Source: Fibrobacteria bacterium
Lineage (GTDB): Bacteria > Fibrobacterota > Fibrobacteria > UBA11236
DNA: 64,000 nt
Assembly (NCBI GenBank): GCA_043745805.1
Contig: JAYTSD010000004.1
Location: 32,001-96,000, forward strand
Direction: 5' to 3'
Under the pieces are notes generated by a model. That model was not told the origin of the DNA. It saw only the letters and a program-made list of their open reading frames with translations, and did no database searches. This document shows positions 1 to 10,600 of the stretch, piece by piece. Position numbers and translations under genes: made by a program. The stretch's first letter is position 1; each line of letters opens with the position of its first letter.

Positions 1-1683
1 AGGATCTTTAAAGGTGATCCAAGGATGACCTGTTTCATAAAGCATGCTCAACATTTTACGCCAAAGTGCTAAAGCGGAAACTTTTTTGAATAATTTCATG
101 CGACCAGCACGCGCTTCTTCTTCATAAAACTTATAACGTTTTTCGAAAGCACTGCCATATAAGTCATGCAAATCTTCGGCATCGCTAGGACTGAATAGAT
201 GCCAATCGCCATCGTTTTGTACGCGCTTCATAAATAAATCGGGAATCCAATTCGCAGTATTCATATCATGCGTGCGACGACGATCATCACCAGTATTTTT
301 ACGTAGCTCTAAAAATTCTTCGATATCTAAATGCCAAGTTTCGAGATAAGCACACATCGCCCCTTTGCGACGGCCTCCTTGATTCACAGCCACGGCGGTA
401 TCATTGGCCACTTTCAAAAATGGAATTACCCCTTGGCTTTTACCATTGGTGCCTTTAATATGCGCGCCTAAAGAACGCACTTGCGTCCAATCATTGCCTA
501 AACCACCGGCGAATTTTGACAATAAAGCGTCATCGCGAATTGCACCAAAAATTCCGGATAAATCATCGGGTACTGTAGTTAAATAACAGGAAGACATTTG
601 GGAATGCAAAGTTCCTGAATTAAATAAAGTAGGCGTCGAACTCATAAAGCGGAAAGTGGAAAGCACTTCATAAAACTCAATCGCACGCGTTTCGCGATCT
701 ACTTCATTTAAAGAAAGACCCATAGAAACACGCATCCAAAAGGCTTGCATCAGCTCAATGACGCGGCCTTCGGCCAAATGCACGAAGTACCGATCGTATA
801 AAGTTTTAAGTCCCAAATAGGTAATACCTAAATCGCGTTCACCTTTTAAGGCCTTACCCATGCGTACCAAATCAAAATCCAACATCCGTTTGTCTAGAAG
901 ATTTTCTTTGACACCAAGTTCGATATAGCCTTTAAAATAATCGGCATAACGATCATTCATTTCGGCGGCAGTAGAACCTTCGTTTAAAACTTCAAAGCGA
1001 ATATCGTCCATTAAAATTCTAGCGGTAACAAAACTCCAAGCGGGATCTTCTTCAATATGCGTACAAGCAACCATGACTAAGGCTTTGGCCACTTCCTTCA
1101 CGGGAATGCCGGAATATAAATTGCTTAAAGTTTCTTTTAAAATTTGTTCTTCGGAAATGACATCGGTATAACCTGCGCAAGATTCAGCAATAATTTTTTT
1201 CAAGCGCTCACGATTCAGCGGTTTAACTTTTCCTTCCGCATCGGTAACGGTATATTCAATGCCTGTCGCGGCAGGAATGGGTGTAGTAACACCCAGCTTA
1301 CGCAATGCGGCACGTTCTTCACGATACAATACATAACGCTTCGCCACTTCAGGACGACCTACTCGCATCAAAGCAAGTTCCACTTGATCTTGAATATCTT
1401 CGATGTGATATGTGCCGCCATTAGGACGACGTTTTGCCAAACTGGCGAAAACTAATTCTGCAATACGTTCAACTTCTTCATTGATACGTGCAGTTGGATG
1501 TTCCAATCCTTCTTGTGCCAAAAAAGATTTAGTGATAGCGCGAATAATTTTTTCGCCTTTAAACTTCACTAATGATCCATCGCGTCTTTCGACCATATAT
1601 TTTGCCGAATCTAATCCACCAACTACACTACCTACTAAATTTATGGCTTGCTCCATTTGATTATCCGCTAAAGTCAAATTCAT
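1..1683 (-). CDS. nrdA: Ribonucleoside-diphosphate reductase alpha subunit (class I) with two N-terminal ATP-cones; 3' end runs off the window
   Basis: Translated by hand on the minus strand: ATG at 1683 follows GGAGG; MNLTLADNQMEQ...YMVERRDGSLVKFKGEKIIRAI (cone 1), IEYTVTDAEGKVKPLNRERL (cone 2), FMSSTPTLFNSG, SSCYL, NQGGRRKGA, ending MLYETGHPWITFKDP at base 1. Absent from the ORF track because it has no stop in the window. Confidence 0.97.
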   Translation of the reverse strand, partial: MNLTLADNQMEQAINLVGSVVGGLDSAKYMVERRDGSLVKFKGEKIIRAITKSFLAQEGLEHPTARINEEVERIAELVFASLAKRRPNGGTYHIEDIQDQVELALMRVGRPEVAKRYVLYREERAALRKLGVTTPIPAATGIEYTVTDAEGKVKPLNRERLKKIIAESCAGYTDVISEEQILKETLSNLYSGIPVKEVAKALVMVACTHIEEDPAWSFVTARILMDDIRFEVLNEGSTAAEMNDRYADYFKGYIELGVKENLLDKRMLDFDLVRMGKALKGERDLGITYLGLKTLYDRYFVHLAEGRVIELMQAFWMRVSMGLSLNEVDRETRAIEFYEVLSTFRFMSSTPTLFNSGTLHSQMSSCYLTTVPDDLSGIFGAIRDDALLSKFAGGLGNDWTQVRSLGAHIKGTNGKSQGVIPFLKVANDTAVAVNQGGRRKGAMCAYLETWHLDIEEFLELRKNTGDDRRRTHDMNTANWIPDLFMKRVQNDGDWHLFSPSDAEDLHDLYGSAFEKRYKFYEEEARAGRMKLFKKVSALALWRKMLSMLYETGHPWITFKDP

Positions 1684-1735
1684 GCTGCTTTGTCCTCCGA
1701 TTGGTGCTAATAGTAATGTTTTTAAAATGCCATAG

Positions 1736-1782
1736 CAACAAAATATTGGGATTATTTTTTGGCAGACCACAATATATTGTGG
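1736..1782. promoter_or_regulatory. Tandem NrdR boxes
   Basis: Perfect 16-bp palindrome CCACAATATATTGTGG (1767-1782) and a 12/16 copy CAACAAAATATTGGGA (1736-1751), 31 bp apart, upstream of nrdA. Matches the NrdR consensus acaCwAtATaTwGtg and its usual tandem spacing. Confidence 0.9.
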
Positions 1783-1904
1783 AATAACGACTTAGGACGA
1801 AAAAAAGGCCCGATTCCGTGCGAATTATTAAGTGGGATGATTAAAAAGTACTTTATCGACGCCCAAGGCAAGCTAAAAATCTGGTATTTTTATAAATTCT
1901 CACC

Positions 1905-2549
1905 ATGTATAAAAAACCTAATTCGACCCTGATTTTGGCCATTTTTACTGGTTTGCTCTGTTTTTCCTGCAAACAAGATGAAAATGTGCGCCAATATAAA
2001 GAAATAGCTCCTCCACCAACCCCCACTAACATGACCAATGGGATGGGAAATACCGGAGCAGAAATGGCCCCGCCAGAAAATACCAGTCCGGTGAATATTG
2101 ATATCACTTGGACTTTACCTGAAAATTGGAAAAAAAGTGATTCTGCCTCGGCTATGCGCGTAGGCAGCTTTATTATACCCAATGCGGACCCAGAGCTAAA
2201 TATTGATGTGTCCGTGGTGCAATTTCCTGGCATGGCTGGTGGCGTGGAAGCCAATGTGATGCGATGGATGAAGCAAATTGGTATTGCTCCAGATTCATTC
2301 GATCTAAAAGAGTTTTTACTGCATAGCGAACACTTTAAAACCTTAAGCGCTCAAGACGGTTTACTTATTGACTTAACCAATAAACTCTCGGGTGACATCA
2401 CCCAAAGCAAAAGTATTTTTGGTGCATTGATTAGCACTGCAGAATATACTGTCTTTGTAAAAGGCATGGGACATAAACAAACTTTAATCAAAAACAAATC
2501 CAGTCTAGTAACTTTTTGTAAATCACTTCGAATAGAAAATCACCCATGA
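1905..2549 (+). CDS. Putative lipoprotein associated with cytochrome c biogenesis genes
   Basis: Signal peptide with lipobox-like LCFSC; motifs WTLPENW, MRVGSF, FPGMAGGVEANVMRW; overlaps the next gene by 4 nt. Confidence 0.7.
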   Translation: MYKKPNSTLILAIFTGLLCFSCKQDENVRQYKEIAPPPTPTNMTNGMGNTGAEMAPPENTSPVNIDITWTLPENWKKSDSASAMRVGSFIIPNADPELNIDVSVVQFPGMAGGVEANVMRWMKQIGIAPDSFDLKEFLLHSEHFKTLSAQDGLLIDLTNKLSGDITQSKSIFGALISTAEYTVFVKGMGHKQTLIKNKSSLVTFCKSLRIENHP

Positions 2550-3718
2550 CCGAAACCATAGAACAATCCTCTTTGCGTCAAAAGGCGCGGCGCCATCCGC
2601 TCTTTAAATTGGCCTTACATCCTGCCATTACCATTGGTTGCTTTCTTATCCTTTTTGTTTTGGTTTTCTTTGGTACCCTGTATCAAACCGAACATGGACT
2701 ATATGAATCGCAACAAAAATTTTTCCAATATGGTTTTGTATTAATCGGTGGTTTTTTTCCTTTACCTGGTGCTACTTCAGTTTTATGGGTGCTCTCAGTA
2801 CAACTATTACTATTAATGCTACTCATTTTGCCTTTCAAATGGAACCGCATAGGTTTATGGATTTCTCATGTTGGAATATTCATTTTATTCTTCGGCGGAT
2901 ATATCACTCAACTTTTGGCCGTGGAAAGCCAAATGACTTTAGCCGAAGGCGAAACCGGTCACTTGACCACCGCCTATCATGAATGGGAATTAGCGTTTTG
3001 GGAACAACAAGGTGATACCAATACGGTTACAGCTATTGATTCGAAAGCCTTTCACAAGGGCAATTCTATTCCGTTGAATACTTATAATGCTTGGATTGAA
3101 GTGCAAAACTATCTTACTAATAGTGAAGCCTTTACCAAACAAGCCTCTACCAAAGCGTATGTAAATGCTTCGGGAATTGGATTTTTAGAAGGACGCAAAC
3201 CGGAAAAAGAAGTAACGCGTAACTTTCCAGGACTCACATTCACCTTAAGGGAAAATGGAAAACCAGATCAAGAAGTATTAATGTATGGTGCAGAAATTCA
3301 ACCTTTAATTCTCAAGTTGAACGGCAAAACCGTATTCTGTAAGTTACGACTCAAACATTATCCCCTCGACTTTTCCCTTAAGCTCACTCGCTTTGTAAAA
3401 AATGTTCACCCCGGGACCGATATTCCTAGTAGCTTCGAAAGCTATGCCGATTTACAAGAGGGGCCGTCTTCGCGTAATGTAAAGGTATGGATGAATAATC
3501 CCTTACGTTATCAAGGCTTTACCTTTTTTCAAGCTTCTTATAGTCAAATGCAAGGAGAAGTGCCGCGCTCAACTTTTGCAGTAGTAACCAATCCGGGAAG
3601 AGTTTTGCCTTATGTCTCCTCCATCACCGTATTTGTGGGTTTATTAATTCATTTTTTGCTAAAACTAACGCGGTTCATTCGCAAAGGCCAAGCCGATAAA
3701 AGCCGAGGAGAAAAATAA
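2546..3718 (+). CDS. Cytochrome c biogenesis protein, ResB/CcsB family
   Basis: N-terminal TM helices, a His in TM3 (SHVG), and C-terminal MNNPLRYQGFTFFQASY followed by a TM; adjacent to ccsA. Confidence 0.85.
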   Translation: MTETIEQSSLRQKARRHPLFKLALHPAITIGCFLILFVLVFFGTLYQTEHGLYESQQKFFQYGFVLIGGFFPLPGATSVLWVLSVQLLLLMLLILPFKWNRIGLWISHVGIFILFFGGYITQLLAVESQMTLAEGETGHLTTAYHEWELAFWEQQGDTNTVTAIDSKAFHKGNSIPLNTYNAWIEVQNYLTNSEAFTKQASTKAYVNASGIGFLEGRKPEKEVTRNFPGLTFTLRENGKPDQEVLMYGAEIQPLILKLNGKTVFCKLRLKHYPLDFSLKLTRFVKNVHPGTDIPSSFESYADLQEGPSSRNVKVWMNNPLRYQGFTFFQASYSQMQGEVPRSTFAVVTNPGRVLPYVSSITVFVGLLIHFLLKLTRFIRKGQADKSRGEK

Positions 3719-5613
3719 TGCGCAGCCTCATTTTATTTTTATTGATGGCAATATCCATATTTGCCGCCAATGATTCCGTCTCGCAAGAACTTCCTGCAGT
3801 GGGAGTGAAAGACATTAGCGCTTTGAGTAAAATGGCCTGTTTGCATGAAGGTCGCCTCAAACCCTTTGAAACTTTCGCACGGCATTCTTTATTGCTTTTA
3901 TCGGGACGCAGCACCTATGAAAAAAATAGTGCTACGCAAGAAATGGCACGCATACTTTTCATACCCGAAAAGGTAAGCGACGATAAATTGTTTTTAATCA
4001 ATAATCCCGAAGTTTTGCAAGCCCTGCAAATGAATGAAACAAAACGCGGACGTTACTCTTTTAAACAAATGCAAAACGCTTTGGCTAAGCTCGAAGAACT
4101 TGCTCAAAAAGCGATGGCATTAGAAGATGAAAAACGCGATGTGGTGCAAAAGGAAATTCTCGGTTTATACAATAATATGGTTTTCTTTGTGAATCTCACC
4201 CAAACTTTTAGTTTTGCCATGCCAAGTTCGGTGTTTACCGTGCAGTTACCCGAAACCAGAGTACAGCTTCATTTACCAGCAGATGCAAAAATCGTATCGT
4301 TTTGGGATTTAATGTCAAATGTAAACTATCTCAAACAAATTTTAGAAGCCATTGGAAAACGAAGCGAAGCAGAAAGATCCCCCGTTGAAAACGAAGTGGT
4401 ACGCATATCACAAGCTATGTATTTTAGCTCCCAAGCTTTTCGCACCTCTCCTTTTAAAATTATACCGACGGTGGGGAATGAAAAAAATGATTGGGTCAGT
4501 CCTGGCGATGTTTTGACCAATCCCAACCTTCTACATGCTACGAATAATGATTTAGAACTGCTTGCGCAAATGGCAAAAAATTATCGCAATGGACAACAAG
4601 CCGAATTCACGGAGAATACTCATAAATTCTCGGAGATTATTGATGGGCGTGCTTACGAACAATTGCAAAATACCCATTTTAATTTGGAAGTTCTCTATCA
4701 AAAATTTGATCCTTATTATTTAGCCTTAATTGGCTATTGGTTCGGATTAATCCTTTGCTTTAGTTTCTTTCTCTTCTCCCGAAAATGGCTTTATCATGCG
4801 GCCTACGGCATTACAGCCCTAAGCTTTGTTATTCATTTGTCAGGTATTATCAGCCGTATAATTATCATGCAACGGCCGCCGGTTACCTCCTTGTACGAAA
4901 CCTTTCCTTTTGTGGCCGCCGTAGCCATTTTGGTAGCAGGATTTATTGAAAAGGTTTCCAAAAAAGGCATTGGCATATTAGCCTCGTCTTTACTCGGAGT
5001 GATCTTGCTTTCGATAGCGAATCGTTATGCGGCGGAAGGTGATACCTTAAAAATGCTAGTCGCGGTTTTGAATAGTAACTTCTGGCTATCTACTCATGTG
5101 ATTTGTGTAACCATTGGATATAGTGCCTGCATACTTGCTGGCGCCATTGGACATTTTTGGCTAGTACATGCTTTATGGCCCAGTAAAAAAGGAAAAAAAG
5201 AAAGATCGAAAGAAATCGAAGCCATGGTTTATGGAGTACTTTGCTTTGGCCTACTCTTTTCCTTTTTCGGAACTGTACTCGGAGGGATTTGGGCGGATCA
5301 AAGCTGGGGGCGCTTTTGGGGTTGGGATCCTAAAGAAAATGGAGCGCTGCTCATTGTAATTTGGTGCATCATTCTTTTACATGCAAAACTTTATGGATAT
5401 ATCAAGGCAGAAGGCTTAGCTCAAGGAGCAGTTTTTGGTTCCATTGTAGTGGCATTGGCTTGGTTTGGAGTAAATCTTTTAAACGTAGGTTTACATTCCT
5501 ATGGCTTTACCCAAGGTGCGGCAACCAAGCTAATGAGCTATATCGGTTTCGAATTAGGCTTTATGCTGATTTGTGGAATCGGTCTTTTTTGGCAGCGCAA
5601 AAAACTTCGGTAA
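3718..5613 (+). CDS. ccsA: Cytochrome c biogenesis protein CcsA/ResC (system II) with a large N-terminal periplasmic domain
   Basis: GRLKPFET, RPPVTSLYET, WLSTHV, WWD domain GGIWADQSWGRFWGWDPKE, GLHSYG. Confidence 0.93.
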   Translation: MRSLILFLLMAISIFAANDSVSQELPAVGVKDISALSKMACLHEGRLKPFETFARHSLLLLSGRSTYEKNSATQEMARILFIPEKVSDDKLFLINNPEVLQALQMNETKRGRYSFKQMQNALAKLEELAQKAMALEDEKRDVVQKEILGLYNNMVFFVNLTQTFSFAMPSSVFTVQLPETRVQLHLPADAKIVSFWDLMSNVNYLKQILEAIGKRSEAERSPVENEVVRISQAMYFSSQAFRTSPFKIIPTVGNEKNDWVSPGDVLTNPNLLHATNNDLELLAQMAKNYRNGQQAEFTENTHKFSEIIDGRAYEQLQNTHFNLEVLYQKFDPYYLALIGYWFGLILCFSFFLFSRKWLYHAAYGITALSFVIHLSGIISRIIIMQRPPVTSLYETFPFVAAVAILVAGFIEKVSKKGIGILASSLLGVILLSIANRYAAEGDTLKMLVAVLNSNFWLSTHVICVTIGYSACILAGAIGHFWLVHALWPSKKGKKERSKEIEAMVYGVLCFGLLFSFFGTVLGGIWADQSWGRFWGWDPKENGALLIVIWCIILLHAKLYGYIKAEGLAQGAVFGSIVVALAWFGVNLLNVGLHSYGFTQGAATKLMSYIGFELGFMLICGIGLFWQRKKLR

Positions 5614-5622
5614 GAAAAAAGC

Positions 5623-5967
5623 TTACCAAAGCAAACCTAACCAATGTTTAATCTCTTGACGCCTTTTGTCGTCGAGAGCTAAAAAACGCAGTTGGGCATA
5701 TACATAAGCCCCATCCGTATCATAAAATAATTCTTGTACCTTACAGGGGATTTCCAAGTTACCCCTTCCCAGATAAATTCCGATATCCACGATTTGTCGA
5801 ATTTTTAATTCCGGTAATTGAGTATCAAAGCCATTATTATTCGCGAGAAAAAAAAACCCTCCCCCGACCGATTGTAAGGTATCCCATACTCCTTGAAAAC
5901 AATATCCACCCGCCATTAATTGAACGGGACAAAATGTGCAAACTTCCTCTTCAATGGTGGCGATCAT
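5623..5967 (-). CDS. Small PilZ-like beta-barrel protein
   Basis: Pattern SVGGGFF...LEIPCKV...AQLRFLALDDKRRQEIKHWL resembles the PilZ barrel and terminal helix; no N-terminal RxxxR; GGGAGA RBS. Confidence 0.6.
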   Translation of the reverse strand: MIATIEEEVCTFCPVQLMAGGYCFQGVWDTLQSVGGGFFFLANNNGFDTQLPELKIRQIVDIGIYLGRGNLEIPCKVQELFYDTDGAYVYAQLRFLALDDKRRQEIKHWLGLLW

Positions 5968-5990
5968 AAATCTCCCTAAAACACTTTTTT

Positions 5991-6019
5991 ATTGTAAAGC
6001 CGGTATTCCGTAATCGCAA
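5991..6019 (-). promoter_or_regulatory. Sigma70-type promoter for the PilZ-like gene
   Basis: Minus strand TTGCGA-17 bp-TACAAT, about 24 nt upstream of the ATG. Confidence 0.55.
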
Positions 6020-6114
6020 GAATAAACTTTATAACGGAATATCAAAAAGCAGTACTTCACTGCCTCTTTTAGTGCTTTTGCATTTTCAAATTGGGGAGAT
6101 TTAGAGATTTTATA

Positions 6115-6141
6115 AAGAAAAACCCCTCAAATTGAGGGGTT
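6115..6141 (-). terminator. Intrinsic terminator of gltBD
   Basis: Stem AACCCCTCA/TGAGGGGTT followed on the minus strand by a U-rich tract, 45 nt downstream of the gltD stop. Confidence 0.7.
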
Positions 6142-6185
6142 AAGCAAATAAAAAAATGGTTTTAGAAAAAGGTAATGATTAGCTT

Positions 6186-7649
6186 TTATGCCACTTCACA
6201 TAAGGAATGGTTTTTAGAAGCTAATAAAGACGGCTGCTTTTGCAAAAATTCATCTACCGCCTTAGCGCATTCACGACCTTCGGAAATGGCCCAAACCACA
6301 AGCGATTGACCACGACGCATATCTCCTGCAGCAAAAACCTTTTCTACTGAGGTTGCAAAATTATTATTGGTTTTAACATTACCCCGTTCATCTTTATCTA
6401 AGCCGAGTTGTTCTAATAAGCCCTTAGGTTCAGGAAAAAGAAAACCCATGGCCAAAAATACTCTTTCAGCTTGCATAAAAAACTCGGAACCAGAAATTTC
6501 CGTAGGCTTATTACCTTCCCATTGTACACGTACGCAATTAATACCTTTGAGGTTACCTGCTTCGTCTTTTATAAATTCTTTAGAAAGTACGGACCAATCG
6601 CGATGACAACCTTCACCTTGCGATGAAGAAGTACTTAACATGCGAGGACCAGGATGCGAAGGCCAAGGTGTTTCCGCTGTACGCGTTTCCGGTGGCTTGG
6701 GCAAAATTTCGATTTGAGTCACTTTGGCTGCACCCTGACGGATAGAAGTGCCTACACAGTCCGAACCCGTATCGCCGCCACCAATAACGACTACATGCTT
6801 TCCGGTGGCTAAGATTTCTTCCTGAGCAGAAATCACATCACCTTGTTGACGCTTATTACTTTGTGTTAAGAAAGTCATAGCAGGATAAATTCCTGTCGCG
6901 TCACGTCCAGGTATCGGTAAGTCACGTGCTACAGTAGATCCACCGGCCAAAACAATGGCATCATAGGAATTACGTAATTCTTCAATAGAAACATTCACAC
7001 CCACATTGGCATTGGTAATAAATTGAATGCCTTCGGCGCGCATTACATCGACGCGTCTTTGTACATTATGTTTATCGAGTTTGAAATCGGGAATACCATA
7101 ACGCAATAAACCACCAATTCTATCGGCACGTTCATAAACGGTTACCATATGGCCAGCTTTATTCAATTGATCGGCAGCGGCTAAACCCGCAGGTCCTGAT
7201 CCAATGACGGCTATCTTTTTTTCAGTACGTATTGCAGGAGTTACAGGATTTACCCAACCTTGATCGAAAGCATAATCGACAATAGCCACTTCAATGTTTT
7301 TAATGGCTACGGGAGGATTGGTAATGCCAAGTACACAAGCTGATTCGCAAGGTGCAGGACAAATACGTCCGGTAAATTCAGGGAAATTATTCGTCGCAAT
7401 CAGCGAACGATAAGCCGCTTGCCATTTGCCATTATAAACTTGATCATTAAAGTCAGGAATTAAATTACCCAAGGGACAACCGGTATGGCAAAAGGGGACG
7501 CCACAATCCATACAACGCGCGCCCTGCGTTTCCAGCTCCACCTTAGTTAAAGGGATTGAAAATTCCTTATAATTTTTAATTCGATCTTCCACTGGAAGAT
7601 ACTTGGAGGTTTGGCGAGCGAATTCTTTAAAGCCCGTAATCTTTCCCAT
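6186..7649 (-). CDS. gltD: Glutamate synthase small (beta) subunit
   Basis: ARCMDCGVPFC, NNFPEFTGRICPAPCE, GSGPAGLAAA, GGGDTGSDC, GDMRRGQSLVVWAI. Confidence 0.98.
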   Translation of the reverse strand: MGKITGFKEFARQTSKYLPVEDRIKNYKEFSIPLTKVELETQGARCMDCGVPFCHTGCPLGNLIPDFNDQVYNGKWQAAYRSLIATNNFPEFTGRICPAPCESACVLGITNPPVAIKNIEVAIVDYAFDQGWVNPVTPAIRTEKKIAVIGSGPAGLAAADQLNKAGHMVTVYERADRIGGLLRYGIPDFKLDKHNVQRRVDVMRAEGIQFITNANVGVNVSIEELRNSYDAIVLAGGSTVARDLPIPGRDATGIYPAMTFLTQSNKRQQGDVISAQEEILATGKHVVVIGGGDTGSDCVGTSIRQGAAKVTQIEILPKPPETRTAETPWPSHPGPRMLSTSSSQGEGCHRDWSVLSKEFIKDEAGNLKGINCVRVQWEGNKPTEISGSEFFMQAERVFLAMGFLFPEPKGLLEQLGLDKDERGNVKTNNNFATSVEKVFAAGDMRRGQSLVVWAISEGRECAKAVDEFLQKQPSLLASKNHSLCEVA

Positions 7650-10600
7650 TATCCATTCCCCTTTTCCATTTGCATAGTCGCTTCAGCAGCCAAATCTGCC
7701 AAAGCGCGTTTATAATCACGTGGCATTACTTTAATAAATTTGCCTTGGTTTTCTTTCCAATGACTTAAAATTTCTTTAGCTGTAGGGCTATTAGTGTATT
7801 CGAGATATTTTTCAATCATGCCTTTAACTTCAATGATTTCTTCACTCTCGCTTAACTCTTCTAGGTCCACCATTTCTTTATTGATACGGCTCGCTAATTT
7901 ACCGGCCACATCCCAGATATAGGCGATGCCTCCACTCATACCTGCCGCGAAGTTACGGCCGATTTCACCCAGGATAACGGCTTTACCACCGGTCATATAT
8001 TCACAACCGTGATCGCCTACAGATTCCACTACTACACGTGCACCGGAGTTACGTACACAAAAGCGTTCGCCGGCCATACCATAGATATAAGCTTCTCCAC
8101 TAGTGGCACCATAAAAGGACACATTACCCACAATCACATTGTCGCGAGGAATGAATTTGGAATTTTTGGGTGGATATAAAATCACTTTTCCGCCAGATAA
8201 ACCTTTGCAGAAATAATCATTGGCTTCCCCTTCGAGCTCAAAGGTTACCCCTTTAACTCCGAATGCGGAAAAACTTTGTCCTGCCGAACCTTTAGCTTTA
8301 AAGTAAATCGTGTCTTCCGGCAATCCATTTTCGCCATACTTACGTGTTACCTCAGAAGAAAGCAATGTTCCTACAGTACGATGCACATTACGAATTTTAA
8401 ATTCAGCTCTTACAGGTTTAGCATTTTCCAAAGCCGGTTTCGCCATTTCAATTAATTGCCAATCTAAGGCTTTTTCTAATCCATGATCTTGCGATTCACA
8501 GCAAAAGCTTCCACCGGTTTTCGCGCCCATATTATACAGCAATTTATTGAGGTCTAAATTTTTAGCCTTCCAATGCTTAATATCTTTTTTCGGAGCCAAT
8601 TTATCGACGCGCCCAACCATTTCAGAAATTGTTCGGAAACCCAACAAAGCCATGTGTTCACGTAAATCTTCTGCTAAGAAACGGAAAAAATTTACCACAT
8701 GATCCGCTTCACCAGAAAAGAGTTTACGTAAATCTTCATCTTGAGTGGCAATGCCTACAGGACAAGTATTCAAATGGCATTTGCGCATCATTATACAACC
8801 CATTACCACTAATCCAGCTGTAGCCACACCCCATTCTTCGGCGCCTAATAAAGTCGCAATAGCAATATCGCGTCCGGTACGTAATTGACCATCGGTTTGC
8901 ACCACAATACGGCTACGCAAACCATTTTTCAATAATACTTGATGCGTTTCTGCCAAACCTAATTCCCAAGGCAAGCCAGCATGCTTAATGGACGTTAAGG
9001 GTGAAGCACCTGTGCCACCGTCATAACCTGCGATTAACACGACATCGGAATGCGCTTTTGCTACACCTGCAGCGATAGTTCCCACGCCAACTTCTGACAC
9101 TAGTTTCACACTAATACGGGCTTTATGATTTGCATTTTTCAAATCGTAAATGAGTTGGGCTAAATCCTCAATGGAATAAATATCATGATGTGGAGGAGGA
9201 GAAATTAACCCTACCCAAGGCGTGGAATGGCGCGTACGAGCAATCCACTTATCCACTTTTTTACCGGGTAATTGTCCACCTTCACCAGGCTTAGCACCTT
9301 GTGCTACTTTAATTTGTAATTCGTCAGCATTCACCAAATAAGCAGAGGTAACACCAAAGCGACCGGACGCCACTTGCTTAATGGCCGAGCGCATGCTATC
9401 ACCATTCGGAAGTGGCTTATAACGAATAGGATCTTCGCCACCTTCGCCCGTATTACTTTTCGCGCCAATGCGATTCATGGCTATAGCCAAAGTAGTATGC
9501 GCTTCCCAGCTTATCGATCCAAAAGACATTGCTCCCGAAGCAAAACGCTTAAGAATATTTTCTACGGATTCCACTTCTTCTAAAGGAATAGGATTGGTAT
9601 TCACTAAATCCAGCAAACCACGAATGGTGTATAAGTTACGCGACTGTTCATCTACCGAACGCGCGTATTCCTTATAGGTTTTATAATTATTGGTACGAGA
9701 ACTTTGTTGAAGTTTATGAATGGTATCAGGATTAAATAAATGCCTGTCTCCACGCTGACGCCATTGATATTGACCGCCTACTTCTAAATCCCATTCATCG
9801 CCCGTTTGTTCTTGAGGATAAGCAAAACGATGACGTAATAATGTTTCTTCTTCTAAGGTATCGATTTCCGATCCACCTAAACGCGAAACTGTTCCGGTAA
9901 AATATTCATCCACTAAATCCTGACTTAAACCCACGGCTTCAAAAATCTGCGCGCCAATATACGATTGAATCGTGGATATACCCATTTTAGAAATAATTTT
10001 CATCAAACCTTTATTAATAGATTTGATATATTGATATTGTGCCTTTTCTGGAGTCAATGTATCGGCCATCAATTTGCGACGACGCATATCTTCTATGCTT
10101 TCAAAAGCCAAATAAGGATTAATCGCGCTAGCGCCATAACCAAGCAAGCAAGCAAAGTGGTGTACTTCGCGCGCTTCGCCAGTTTCAATAATAATCCCAC
10201 ATTGCGAACGCGTGCCTTCGCGAATTAAATGATGATGCACCGCAGCTACAGCGAGTAATGAAGGTACCGCAGCATGATCAGAATCCACCGGTTTATCGGA
10301 AAGGACTATAACATTATAGCCTTCTTGAATAGCTTCCGAAGCTTGGCGACGAATGCGTTCCAACGCTTTTTCTAAACGCTTTTCTCCTACCGAAGATTTA
10401 AACACAATTGGAATGGTACGCGCTTGAAAATGATTTTTATCAACCCAACGTAAACGTTCCAAATCATCATTGGTAAGTACCGGCTGTGGTAACTCAATCA
10501 CGCGACAATGCTTATCGGTTTCGTCGAGTAAATTATCTTCTTTACCTACAAAAGAGGTAAGTGACATGACCATTTCTTCGCGAATAGAATCAATAGGTGG

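Noticed and set aside
404-1787. Short plus-strand ORFs in the track (404-586, 1144-1455, 1412-1660, 1572-1787)
   Set aside because: They are antisense shadows of nrdA and its promoter region.
5967-6103. 13-bp inverted repeat (TAAATCTCCCTAA / TTGGGGAGATTTA) that could mask the RBS of the PilZ-like gene
   Set aside because: A good sigma70 promoter lies between the arms, so the distal arm is probably not in the transcript; no c-di-GMP riboswitch motif is visible.
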